DNA of 64,000 nt from Zootoca vivipara (lineage: Eukaryota), in NCBI RefSeq assembly GCF_963506605.1, contig NC_083280.1, positions 28,954,001 to 29,018,000 of the forward strand, given 5' to 3'. A program made the position numbers and the translations under genes. The stretch's first letter is position 1. Each line of letters starts with the position of its first letter. Below, piece by piece: positions 1 to 12,155 of this stretch. The notes under the pieces are model-generated. The model was not told the origin of the DNA. It saw only the letters and a list, made by a program, of their open reading frames with translations, and made no database searches.

Positions 1-578
1 ACATGACTGGTGGGTATCTACCTCTAGCTTAATATGTACCAGGAGACTTCCAAAGATGTGTTGAACCATTGTGATAAACACACAGTTAAGTTGGTTTGTT
101 TAACAATGATTCCTATTCATATCTACTCACGAGCAAGCCCCGCTAAGTTAATAGGGTCTTACTCCCAAGGTAGGTAGGTATAGGACTGCAGCCAAAGTTA
201 ACACATTTTGAGCTGATCCAGTGATGCGTGTGTTTGTTTTTTAAAATTAAGTACAACATTTTAGCAATATATACATATATACTTGGGGGGGGGGGTACCA
301 AATGCTGCTATATGAAGACATTTAGCAAATGCCATTTTCCGCAGCTGAAAAAATGTTTTGAGATCACACAAAATTTATTTCATTAATGGTTAGTTATTAT
401 TCCAACAAACAGAACAAAAAATATTTGGAAAGTCAGTTGTTGCTGTGCAAGATTAAGTAACTTCTGTTTATAAAGAACATAATCAGTTGAAAGGCATATC
501 CTAATCATGAACTGGTAAGGAACACATGAAGAAGCTTTTTCTACATATGTTGCATGCACCAATAACCCCTCTACTCAC

Positions 579-667
579 ATTGACTCATTTCTCATCAATT
601 GACCATTTTGACGATTTGCATTTTCACTCATGGAGCGTTCTCTTTTCAGTCTCCCAACTGAGCGAAC
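579..667 (-). CDS. MFF: MFF coding exon (89 nt)
   Basis: ttttgcag|GTT CGC...TCA AT|gtgagt; VRSVGRLKRERSMSENANRQNGQLMRNES. Confidence 0.95.
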
Positions 668-3600
668 CTGCAAAACAAAGCAGGGCCGAAAAAACCAAAA
701 AACATCATTCACCATTGCTATGGCATCAGTATCCAGCTTTACCAAATATCAACAAATGAAGCATTTTCATTTTTAGTAAAGCAGAAAATGAATAAAAACA
801 GTCTTCCTGGATGGTGACGTTTTGCCTGATATTTTGGAAAGTAAGGAGAGCAGAGACTCACTCCTCTCTCCTGCATGTTCACAATTTTAAAAATGAGAAA
901 AAATTGTCAAAAATAATTTAAGTTTACCTACAGCTTTTGAAATTAAGTTTGGTTCAAGTCAGAAATCGGGAACCATTGGGTCTCTAGACATTGTAGGACT
1001 CCCAACTCTCATCAGCCCCAGCGAGCACAGAACATCGGGAAAGATGGGAACTATAGTCCAAGAACATATAAAGCCCTTCCACTAAAATTCTTATGCCAGT
1101 TTACACAATAATAAAATACAAATGATTAAGATCCAAATCCAAATTATCATAAAAACTTGAAGACCAAAAGGCATTAAGTCTTATAAGCCAGATAAAAACA
1201 ATCAACATAGCCCAAATTATGTCTAAGCAGCCTGGTACCAAACATACAACCAAGTAAGCACCACACAAAAAAGTGCTCTGGGGTTATCTTTGCTTTCAAC
1301 AGGGAGTATTAAAATAATATACTGTGTTCTACAAAGCAGTAACCTATTTTATAGTACTGATCTGAAATGAAGTATAAAGCAATAAATATTTGACTTCTCT
1401 TTTGACATATTAAATATAATATTGAAACAAAACATAATGAAATGAAAGGCATAAAGAATACTAGCCTCTTCATTTTGAGGAGTTTGAGTAGGGGCTCGCT
1501 CTAAGTCCAGGAAATCTAGCGGTCGTTCACTGAGTGAAATAACACGGGGAGGTGTTTTCAGTGACAGAGACTTGAATGGAGTTGACTGGAGAAGATCTAG
1601 ATCTGGCGGCCTGGAGAGTGGAATGTCTTCATTATTACCTGTAACAGAGTTAATATTAAGATCAAGAACATTTTACTAACAAATAATTCAAAATGGCTCA
1701 ATGGGTATACTGCTGGAGCTGGGTAAAATCAAGCTCAAATCCCATATGAGGTATGAATTCACAGGGTGGTCTGAAGCAAATCACACTCAAGTTCATACGT
1801 AAAAATAAATTGACTGGGTGTGAAGTCTGACAGCATGCTGCTTTATCACCTCTGTCCACCTGAAGGCAAACATACCTGCCACTACAATCCGCTCTGGAAC
1901 CTGCATTGTTACACTGGCATTTGGAAGCCCCCCTTCATGACCACTGTGTTCAAGGTCAGCATTTGGTGGAGCAACCTTGAGTTTTTCCGGAACTCTCATT
2001 CTCTGATTGATCCCTTCAGTATACTCCATTTCATATTGAATTCGATTCATTTCTGCCATTTCGGCAGCCGGAGATGGGAATGCTGTTGTGCTCATCCTAA
2101 TATGAGATAAAACAACCTGAATTACTCCTCAGTAGTAAGAAGAAACACAACATGGGTTTTGATCCACAATAAATTGAAGTCTTCCACTGTTGGTAGAGAA
2201 TGTGTTTTAAGTCTATGTAACGGTAGATGTGCAGCACAGCCATTGTGTATAATAAGATACCCCCTATGATTTAACACTGGAATTAAAATTTGCATACACC
2301 TGCTTTACTGCTTGCTCCATGTGAGTGAAGAAACAAGCCACATAGCCAGTTATCCACAGCTTCTGGTTTTGATACAATGATAAAAAAATATAATTAATTA
2401 ATTAATGACTTTCAAACAAACCATAATATAAACTAAGGTTTAAAGTTGGCTTCCATATATTGGCTTGTTTGGAAGCCATTAACCATAGTTTCCAGTTCAG
2501 ATGCAAAAGGAAGCTAGAGTTAACCACAACTTCGTGTGTGAAGGAGCTGCATGTGGGGGCATGAAACTTTTACATATCTTTGCACCAAGATATCAAAGCC
2601 TTACTAAGCAGAAATTTGTTTGTGCAAATGTGGCTAATTTATACCAACCCAGGGCAACCATATTGGAGGCAGATGGTAAAGAGACCAATTTCACAAATAT
2701 TAAGCATACAGGGTGCAAAGAGTGCCTGCAAGTGAGCAAGTCTCACATTCTGACCTACATTTAAAAAAATGAGGGTTCTGTGTGTCTCTTCCCCCAGCTT
2801 CACCCCACACCTTAGATTCTTGCTTCAAAATTTATGAAGCGTCTACAACCATCTAAATTAAATAGTACTAATTATTCCAAATTAGTGCCTAGCTCTGGGC
2901 AATTTATTTTAAAGACATCTCTTTCTAACAGGGAAGAACAGGGGTGGTTAACCTCGCCTCCTTAACTGCTATGCACGTACAAGTAAAGGAGAAGGGGCTA
3001 TGTGCCTGGCTGCCTGTGTCCTTTGCTGTGTGGGGGAACAGTGTGCAGCAGACTGTGGAATGGCCACACTCTTTTGGCCATACCCAACTTTAGAATGTGG
3101 CTCCCAGAAGGGCAGCCAAGGGTGAAAGTAGCCCTTGGGCCAAAAAAAGCTTAGCCACCACTGGCCAAGAACAAAGCACACTTTTGAAGATCCCAGTGTT
3201 CTGATGGAAGACAATGCAGCCATATCAGCATTCTCTATTCTCAAATAATGAGACTTCTCCAAGAGCCAATCAAACAAAATTAACCATTCCAACCTATATG
3301 CATTTTAAATTCACCAATATAGATTCATATTAAGGATTTCCTAACATTTAAGGCAGAGACAGCCAACACAGAGCCCTCCAGATGTTGTGGGACTCCAACT
3401 CCCAGACCATTGCCATGTTGGCTGAGGCCAATGAGATGTAACCCCACAAAACATCAAAATTCCACCTGTCTGCTTGCAAGAATAGGCTCTAACTACCAGA
3501 TGTTTACCTGTGCTGCAATTTGAATACATTTCTATTGTTTCTTTCCAAATTTCTGTGAAAAGGAGACAAGACCCTATCTTTCCCTCAAGTAAGGGAACAC

Positions 3601-3756
3601 ATTAGGCTAGAAAAGAGTTTTTTAAATATTGCAATCAACAGAGATAAAAAATACCTACAAGAGTCAATCTTCTATCTGCTTCTACAAGCACAAGTTCAAC
3701 TCTACAGCTTTCACTAACCTTCCTACAGGAATGTCACTGCTTGATCGCTTGCTCAT
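579..3756 (-). CDS. MFF: Mitochondrial fission factor, N-terminal part (4 coding exons in window: 3719-3756, 1876-2096, 1466-1638, 579-667; gene continues past left edge)
   Basis: Spliced translation MSKRSSSDIPVGR-MSTTAFPSPAAEMAEMNRIQYEMEYTEGINQRMRVPEKLKVAPP...MQVPERIVVAG-NNEDIPLSRPPDLDLLQSTPFKSLSLKTPPRVISLSERPLDFLDLERAPTQTPQNEE-VRSVGRLKRERSMSENANRQNGQLMRNES. It contains both Drp1-recruiting repeats (VPEKLKVA, VPERIVVA) and both AMPK-site contexts (RERS, RNES). Exon phases are compatible, and it is syntenic downstream of COL4A3. Confidence 0.97.
1466..1638 (-). CDS. MFF: MFF coding exon (173 nt, GC donor)
   Basis: gttacag|GT AAT AAT GAA...GAA GAG|gctagt; NNEDIPLSRPPDLDLLQSTPFK...PQNEE. Confidence 0.93.
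1876..2096 (-). CDS. MFF: MFF coding exon (221 nt)
   Basis: catattag|G ATG AGC...GCA G|gtatgt; overlaps ORF 1793..2095; RIQYEMEYTEGI...VPERIVVAG. Confidence 0.96.
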
Positions 3757-3825
3757 TTTGCTGTTTGCTTGCAACGTTTTAATATCACTACACTGCAGCA
3801 CTGTTCACTTTACATAACAGTATCC
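3719..3825 (-). CDS. MFF: MFF exon carrying the long-isoform start codon (ATG at 3756-3754; 3757-3825 is 5' UTR)
   Basis: ctttttag|GGATAC...AAA ATG AGC AAG CGA TCA AGC AGT GAC ATT CCT GTA GGA AG|gttagt; MSKRSSSDIPVGR resembles human MSKGTSSDTSLGR; phase 2 matches the next exon. Confidence 0.85.
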
Positions 3826-5369
3826 CTAAAAAGTGGAACTTTTGAACATAAGACAGCATGACAACTGCTTTCGAGCTGTAAAGGGGGGGAGGGAAGAAAA
3901 GAACAGAAAACAGCATTAGGCATATTACATAATTAAATATTTATTACCTACGACATATCTAATCTGTACCCATCTATTCCATAATGTGAGCTCAGTAAGT
4001 AAATGCCAGATATCTTCCATATACTTAAACTTACGAGGCTTTGTAAATGCCAAATTTTTCTGGTCTCCAGTTCTGATTTTTGAAAGAATGGAACTATAAA
4101 ATTCAACAGATGTACTCTTGAAGGAGCAAAATATGCAATCAGATGGCAGTTGCTAAATTTACAAAATAATTAAACCACCCTAAAGAAAAATAGATTGTTT
4201 TTGTGCCTATCTAAATATAACTACAACAAAGCACAGACTACTTGGTTTCTAACACTTTCTTTTTATCCTAGGCTACATGGCAAGCAGATCCAAAAACAAG
4301 ACAGGGACTCTGCATATGGTTCAGCATATGGTTTATTGCAAATCTCACAAGGGTGAATAAGTATATGTGGTGGGAGTTTAGAAATCAGAATACAACTAAC
4401 CATGCTGCATATGTTGCAATGTAGCAAGAGATATTATTTTGCTGCCATACAGAAAAGAGGGAACAATTATGACATGAACGTCAGCATGTTCACACTTCTG
4501 TAAAAAGGCTCAACCCCTACTGAGAATCTTAAGAGGTAGAACAAGATGTGAACAAAGGACAGCATACACTAGGTACCTGTGGTCCGACTTTGATAGCAAA
4601 GGCCAAGAATCCAGGGCCAATCACTTCAACCACTGAAGAAAGCCCAAAGAACCAACATTAATCCCTGTAAGCCTTGTGCACCTGTGGATGAGTGTGTTAG
4701 GTCGAAACACTCTAAATCGACAGCATCTGGAGGACACCGGTTTGGGGGAAAGCCGGTGGAACTGCTGGCACATGAAGAAATCAGCTTTTGGCATTAAAAA
4801 AAAAACACCTGCTAAGCATTGTTACTCAAATCTTCAGGCAACAGAGGAGTGTCTGACCCTCGGCTCGCACCTCTACTCGCAATACCGGTCGCTGGGATTC
4901 CACAAGTGGGGACAGTGTTGCGGTGCCCCAATCCCGCTTACAGGCTTCCCATGATGACTCCTTTGAGAAGAGGAAGCTGGATGAGATGGGCCTTTGGCCT
5001 GATCCTGCAGGGCTCTTCTTAAGGCGCACCAAAGAAGTGGTTTGCAATGCTTTACGGCCTGAGGGCAAGGAGTGCAACAGGTTCACAAGGCAAACTGTAG
5101 TAACGTTAAGAGGAGCCCAAGGCAGGATCGGAGCAGAGGTCTACCCAATTCAGCACCCATTTCCTCAACGTGGCAAGTTGGGTGCTTTGACAAGAACCTT
5201 CAGCACACAGCATGTAATATATAGTTTGTAAAGTCCTCTTGAGCATAGAAATTACAGCCAGATTCGAACTGAGAGGTGGGGGGAGACTCTGGTCAGAAAC
5301 CGAGAAAAGCGCAGTAAGCCAACAGGTTCAACGGGTATTTTTTTTGGAGGGGGGATTTGACATGACAGT

Positions 5370-6010
5370 AACAAAGGCCTCGGCAACGGGGGTGGGGGCG
5401 AGGAATAACGGCAACGGCAGGGGAGGCGGGCTGAGGCAACGATTTGATAGGAACCTGTGTGGGCTGCGGGACCGTTATTTATGAGGAAGGGGGTTCAAAG
5501 ATGGGGCGGGAATCAAGCCCCCCTTCCCGCCAATGCTGAGGGAACCAGGCGCAACGGCGATTGGACTCGGGCAACTGGTCGGTGGTGGGAGGTGTGTGTG
5601 CTAATTTCGCAGCTTCCTCCCCATTCCCGCGCCCCCCGCCGCCGGCTCCTTCTGAGGGGAAGGGAAGGCCCAGACCAGCACTCTCTCCGGTTCTCACCCT
5701 GAGGCCAACGGGGAGGCGGCTTCTTGGGTCCCGGATATCCACTCCGACCGCCTTGGTCTCGCTTCCTCTCTCTCCCTCAGGGGCCGTTAGCCAAAGGGCA
5801 TCCAAGCAGCCCCTCGCCTACACAGCCCTGGAACAGAAGCAACGAAACGAAACAAAAAAAAAACGACCCCGATTGTCCCCATAGAGTTGCCGTAACCGGC
5901 GGGGGAGAGAATGAGCCGTGAAACCTCACGTGACGGGAAAAGGGGTGGGGAGGAAAAAAAAGGTTGCCGGCAGGGGCTGAAGGTGCAGCGGCCATCTTTA
6001 CTGTGGTCAC
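5370..6010 (-). promoter_or_regulatory. MFF: CpG island: probable MFF promoter and non-coding first exon (candidate donor CAGG|gtgaga, exon end 5698)
   Basis: Sharp rise in GC/CpG content upstream of the MFF coding exons; E-box TCACGTGAC 5926-5934; YY1-like AAGATGGCCGC (minus) 5988-5998; GC boxes. The TSS cannot be placed from sequence alone. Confidence 0.7.
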
Positions 6011-6357
6011 GATGCTGCTTCGGGGGAAGCAAGTACAGTACTGTAGATTCATTTCCCTGCTGCTCATGGCGATGCAGCGTGGTCTGGGTGATGAGACCCA
6101 TGTGCTGTAAGAGAGTAGAACTTAGCCCCTTACCTCCATATATAAGTGTGAGGCTCATACGTGATAATGAGCTTCGGTTTGCTGTGGAATTTGCAGATAA
6201 GTTTTTTGATAACACTGGCGGCTGTAGGCGGCGAAGACCTAGATATTCAGGGTTAAGAGCGAGGAAAGGATCTTCATATCCTGCTAAGGTTTTGTTTTGT
6301 TTTCCTGTTGCATGTAGATCCGCCTCGCTTGCTTTCAAAGTAATATATCTATATTAT

Positions 6358-7355
6358 GAGAGATTTTACTTTCTTGGGCTCCTTGATCACTGCAGATGGT
6401 GACATGGGCGTACCCAGGATCAAAACTAGGGGGGGGCAAGGGGAGGGGCCAAGGCATGGAAGGGGAGGGGCCACAAAGTGGGCGGGAACGGCGAACTCGC
6501 GCTCCGCTGGGCTGTGCCCCTCCCTAGAAGCAGGGCTGGTGGGCGGAGGCGGAGCCCAGCCCAGCGGAGCGTGAGTTCAGCGTGCCCGCCCGCCGCGCCG
6601 CGCTCTCTGGTTCCCCGCCGCGCTTGGCCTTGCCTGAGGGCGCGCCGGGGAGCTGGAGGGAGGGTGCGGCACGGCGGGGCGGGAATGGCGAACTCGCGCT
6701 CCGCCGGGCTGTGCTCCGCCTCTGCCCACCAGCCCTGCTTCTAGAGTAGGGCAGCTGCCCTAACTTGCCCCGTGGTGGGTACGCCCTTGGATGGTGACAG
6801 CAGTCACGAAATTAAAAGACGCCTGCTTCTTGGGAGAAAAGCAATGACAAACCTAGACAGCATCTTAAAAAGCAGAGACATCACCTTGCCTACAAAGGTC
6901 CGTATAGTTAAAGCTATGGTTTTCCCAGTAGTGATGTATGGAAGTGAGAGCTGGACCATAAAGAAGGCTGATCGCCGAAGAATTGATGCTTTTGAATTAT
7001 GGTGCTGGAGGAGACTCTTGAGAGTCCCATGGACTGCAAGAAGATCAAACCTCTCCATTCTGAAGGAAATCAACCCTGGGTGCTCCCTGGAAGGACAGAT
7101 CGTGAAGCTGAGGCTCCAATACTTTGGCCACCTCATGAGAAGAGAAGAATCCTTGGAAAAGACCCTGATGTTGGGAAAGATTGAGGGCACTAGGAGAAGG
7201 GGACGACAGAGGACAAGATGGTTGGACAGTGTTCTCGAAGCTACGAACATGAGTTTGACCAAACTGCGGGAGGCAGTGCAAGACAGGAGTGCCTGGCATG
7301 CTATGGTCCATGGGGTCACGAAGAGTCGGACACGACTAAACGACTAAACAACAAC
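6358..7355 (+). mobile_element. RTE-BovB LINE, 5'-truncated, interrupted by a hAT MITE
   Basis: ORF2 C-terminus (RRLLLGRKAMTNLDSILKSRDITLPTKV...HGVTKSRTRLND); (CAA)n tail; 13-bp TSD ATATCTATATTAT at 6345-6357 and 7356-7368; nearly identical to the copy at 52064-52742. Confidence 0.95.
6403..6789. mobile_element. Non-autonomous hAT-type DNA transposon (MITE, 387 bp) nested in BovB
   Basis: 8-bp TSD GATGGTGA (6395-6402, 6790-6797), present once in the uninterrupted BovB copy; 14-bp TIRs CATGGGCGTACCCA / CAAGGGCGTACCCA. Confidence 0.92.
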
Positions 7356-8422
7356 ATATCTATATTATAGCACATGCGTTGCACATTCGCATGTTTAGGG
7401 CACGTTACGTACATTACAATCTTATATGTTATATCAATTTTTATTATTTTCCGATATTGGAGTTAGGGCTTTGAGATTCGAATTGGTGATTTCAATCCGG
7501 TACACCCATTCCTGGAAGCTCCACTGAGTACCGCGAGAACAGGATGCTGGACTAGATGAGCCACTGCACTAGCCTGATCATATGAACTTAGTGGGACTTA
7601 CTTCTGAGTAGACTAGCATAGGGTGGTGCTTTTAACCATTATGCTCAGCGAGTGGGATTTCTTGCCTTGCTCTATAGTTCCACCCAACCCTGAGAAGTAT
7701 GATCTTAGGAGATGTTTCCTTTTAACTTCCATAAGCATAGGCACACTTCAACTCACTGTAAAATGAATTGCAGTCTTGTGTCTACTCCCATTGAATTTAA
7801 TGGGGCTTAGTTACATGTACGCTTGCATTGTGGTTACTGAATTACAGTACATGTATTGCTTTTTGAAATTTATCTGCTTGTGTATTTATAGGTTCTTTTT
7901 CAAAACATAATTCTCATGAAATATGTTATTCTCTTCCCTCTTACTTTCCTGTCAATCCTTCATTTTGCTTCCACACAGAATAAGTAAAAAATAAGAGAGG
8001 GGCATCTCATTGTCTTTAGAGATTTTCTTGTACCCAGGTCTTGTTTTGAGTGATACGCTTATAATCAAACCCTTAAAAAGAAAAGGCTGGCACCTGCAAT
8101 TTCCAACACCTCCAGTACAGCCCATTTTGCAGGCAGCTAGGTTTATGACTGCTGCAATGCTGTCCATTATCATTAGCACAGGTTAGGTGAGGCAGAGGCT
8201 GGTTTGGATTTCCAGCCAAAAGTTTTCCTAATAAACTACTCAGATGCAAAAAAGGTCATGTTCCTTATATTACCCCCTGCCAACCCAAATCCAGCACTCA
8301 AATGTACACAAAAATGTTGTGCTCTATCAACTTGCATGCAGCCAACCTGCACTTTTAAATGTTTACAAGTACTACAAAATCAAAATTGTCCAAGGCTGCT
8401 GCCCTATGTACACTTGCTAGAG

Positions 8423-8714
8423 CAGCGTTTCTCAACCGCTGTTCCGCGGCACACTAGTGTGCCGTGAGACGCTGGCTGGTGTGCCGCAACGTGCGGCGAC
8501 GAGAAGGGCGATTTCCATTGTCACGTGCCTGGCGGCCGCCAATACACACCACTGACCCGCCGGAAAGCAATATTTGGCAAGTGTTTCTTACAGTCGTAAT
8601 TATAATATAGGGCGGCACAGAGTTAAATTTTTTAACTTTTTTAATGGTGGTGTGCCTCGTGATTTTTTTCACGGAACAAGTGTGCCGTGGCCCAAAAAAG
8701 GTTGAGAAACACTG
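8423..8714. mobile_element. hAT (Charlie/Buster-like) MITE, 292 bp
   Basis: TIRs CAGCGTTTCTCAACC / CAGTGTTTCTCAACC; perfect 8-bp TSD TGCTAGAG (8415-8422, 8715-8722) with central TA. Confidence 0.92.
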
Positions 8715-11700
8715 TGCTAGAGAGTAAGCATCCTTTAACTCGGTGAGACTGCTGAGTGGTGGTTAAATAACTTAAGGGATATCCAAACCATAACCATTAG
8801 GTAATCTATAAAGAACTCCATCCTTTGACAATCCCACTGATGCTGCTGAGCTGGGCTACAACTCTTACCATACTTGAATCCCATAGGATTTACTTCTGAG
8901 TTGTTAGGCACTGTTTGTTAACTAGCTGATGAATCAATGTGTTTCAGAGATGTTGCATACGCCAGATAGTGAGAGTCAAGTACATTAGCCAAAGCTCTGT
9001 TTAAAAGAACCTGCTAGTCTCTCTCTGTGATCTAGTTTCCTAAAGTTCTTTATCAACATAGGGCAGCTATTACAGGTGCTTCCAATGATCTAAGATGCTA
9101 ACTTTCCATAGCTTCCATGTGATGCAAAACTCCATATAAACTGGATAAAGAAAAACAGCATTGAACACACAAAGGTTCTTTATTGGATACTAGCAGCCTT
9201 ATACCTGATGCTGCTCAGGAATTCCAAGAAACAAAAAAAATTGATGCAGTTTTGAAATCAGTCATTAAAATCAGTGCAGCTTGGAAAGGGTTAAGTCTGC
9301 GATATTGATTAAAAATGGTGCCCAATTATATATAAACAAACAAAATCCTGATTCTGGATCTCGGGAATCATAATGCAAAACTTGGTTATGGTAACTGAAG
9401 AGGTGTCCAAATGCATATCAAACAGACAACCCCCTTTCCAAAATAAACAGTACGGTAGATGCTGTACATTTTGTTATTTATGGGAAGGATGGAAAACCTA
9501 TAAACATGCAATGGTCTCTACTTGTTTCAGGGTTGCTTATTAGCCTGCCCTGGGATCAACTTTGGAGGCTTTCTGTAGGTGTTCAACAAATGAGATACAG
9601 CTGATGGGAAGTGAGGAAAGAGCCCTATCGGTGATTGTGCCTCATCTGTGAAATGGGAGCACCCAGGGAGGTTTCTTTTGACATCAAGCACAGGCTTCCT
9701 CTGTTATCCCCTATCTCCCCCCTCCTTTAATAACTTTAAACTCTTGGCAAATTAGTTTGTATGCTGTTTTTAATTTGTATCTGTTCTCATCTTTTATTGC
9801 ATATAAGCTTTCCTTCTAAATTTTAGTTGTAGTGTGGCATAACAATCTATTCTCTATGAAACATGTATTAAGACAATAGTTAACATTCAGGTAGATATCT
9901 GGGGCCCAGGAAATTATGTCCTCTTCCCATGCATCTAATAAAAAGTCACTTTAAAAGAAGGTTGTGTTTGATTGTTGATTTGTGCTATTGATAAGAGGCC
10001 AGAAAGAAGACTATAATTCAAACATCTGTCCCACAAGACATTTTATTTAGTACCAGAACATTTGCAATGACACATCCGATTGCTTGCAGTTACAGAGCAT
10101 ATGAAGTGTTCTTGCTCTACCATATAATCAAATTATCTGTGATACTGTAATGATTCTGGGGTTGGCTTAAGCACTTAATTTTCAGCACAGCAAGCTTTGG
10201 CATCAGAATGATTTTGCAGCATTGTTATCACTGAAAGTGTACCATTAAAAGACAGACACCAGAGTAATTAAAATATAAATTAAATAAAAAATGTTTACTT
10301 GCAAAAAATACCCATTAGTAATGAGAGGGAAATGGCGCACTTGTAGATCTCTAAATCCTTTATTTAGAATTATACATTTACACAAGTATGTAGATTAATG
10401 AGATAAGATTATTATTGTTAAATATTGCAATGCTGATACTTGTGCAAAAGCATTAAGCAACCTTAATGTTAACGTTAATATTTTCCATAATTTTTTCAAG
10501 TGCAATGTTATAAATATAAAACATTCAGAACTACACTTTTATACAAGAAATGTACATAAATTATAATAATATATAAAGACCCTGATCCAATTCCAGCTGT
10601 GCTTTGTTGCACACTAAAGCAACTAGTGGCCCTAAACTGGGATTGCCTGTGCAGCCCCCATCATCAAGTTCAACAGGAATTGGATGTACCTTGTCATGAG
10701 TTTTTAGATCCAGATGGATATCTGCATTGGCTGTGCATGGAAGTCTCCTTTGCTGGATCAGAATGATGTACCTAAATTTGCACTCCTATACTCACAAATC
10801 CCATTGAAGTCAATGAGGCTTTCATCTGAATAGACATATAAGATTGCTCTGAAAGCTCACTGAACACTGTGTGACTTACTTCTGAGTAAATGCATAGGGT
10901 TGTAGAGTCGGTTTACTTAAACCACATGTTCTATATAAACCTTTCCCCAGACAGTACCACTTGAATTTGCTGAAAAGCTATTACCTTTAGCTGCTTGTGT
11001 TTCACTGGATGGACTTTGATTAAGTTTGGCTGATGTTTTCAACCACCATTTATGTCCACAAAAGTTATTATTATTAAATTTATTATCCACCCTTCACCAT
11101 AAGGCCCCACGGTGGGTCACAACAACGTAAAATACAAACAATAAAACAGTTTAGAACAAATTAAATGTGCAGATACTACCTGATACCTTATAATAGAGAC
11201 AAAAAGGAGAGGTTTTGCATTTATTGCAGTGGCTAAAGTACCATACAAAATATTCTTATGGGGGATCCAATTTAAATTTGGTGCACATTTCTGACATCAT
11301 ACTCCAGCCTCATTCTGAATAAGCCTATTCGGCCTCAAATATATATATATATATTCAGTCTCAAATATATATACAGTACAGTTTCAACACATAGTACAAT
11401 ACTGTACAGTATACTAATAATTTGTGCTGAATGAAAACCAGTTTTCTTCCATTTCTGTTTCTGGTTGATGATTCTTACTTGTTAAGAGTTATCAGGAAAG
11501 TGACCATTTATAGTTTGTCAGTTCTGCCTCAGTAGCCTCAGCTGGAGCCATATTAGGTTAGTCATACCTTAGTCTCAAAGGGATTTAATGTACTCATGCT
11601 TCCCTTGTCCCTTTTTATTTCAATGGGATTAAAGCACAGCCAGCTTAATCTGGAACCAATCCAAAGGCAGCATAAATCACATAAGATTTGCATTTTTTAG

Positions 11701-12155
11701 GACTCGTTTAGTAAGGCTGGCCAAAATACTAACTGAAGTTAGTAGGATCCAATAAATTTGCAAATGTATCACGGATGTATTTAGAGGGCAACTAACCTAC
11801 AAGTTCATCTTTTATTGCACTGCTATGAATATGTTAAAATTCTCTTTCTTTGCAAAAGGAAGGGCGATTGGAGAATTATAATTCATTTGATGAACTTTCA
11901 AAAGTTTTGTGCAGCCCCCTCCCACTTAAATTGCTTGTTGCGCCAGAGTTTCAACTGAAATAATATCTGCTTTGGCAACACTTATGTAAACCAACACTAC
12001 CCTGATTACTCCATTTTGCAGGTAGAAAAGCACAAGAAAGGCAGCTTGAGGTGTCTTTTTCTAGATTAAAGAGACCAGTTACGCTCTAGTTCAGATTTAT
12101 ACGGACCCAGGAGTTGGCAGAGTTCAGAAGGTGACAACCTTTTAGTACTGCCAAC

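Noticed and set aside
4577-4632. Possible 56-nt MFF 5' UTR cassette exon (tttcttcag|...CAG|gtacct)
   Set aside because: The splice signals are plausible but the donor is weak, and there is no homology or transcript support.
5239-6744. Cluster of 65-183 aa ORFs on both strands
   Set aside because: Expected stop-codon depletion in a CpG island and GC-rich MITE; no recognisable domains.
6772-7347. 191-aa ORF as a novel chimeric gene
   Set aside because: A GTG start from the MITE end is fused by chance to a truncated BovB ORF2; there is no RT core and no evidence of expression.
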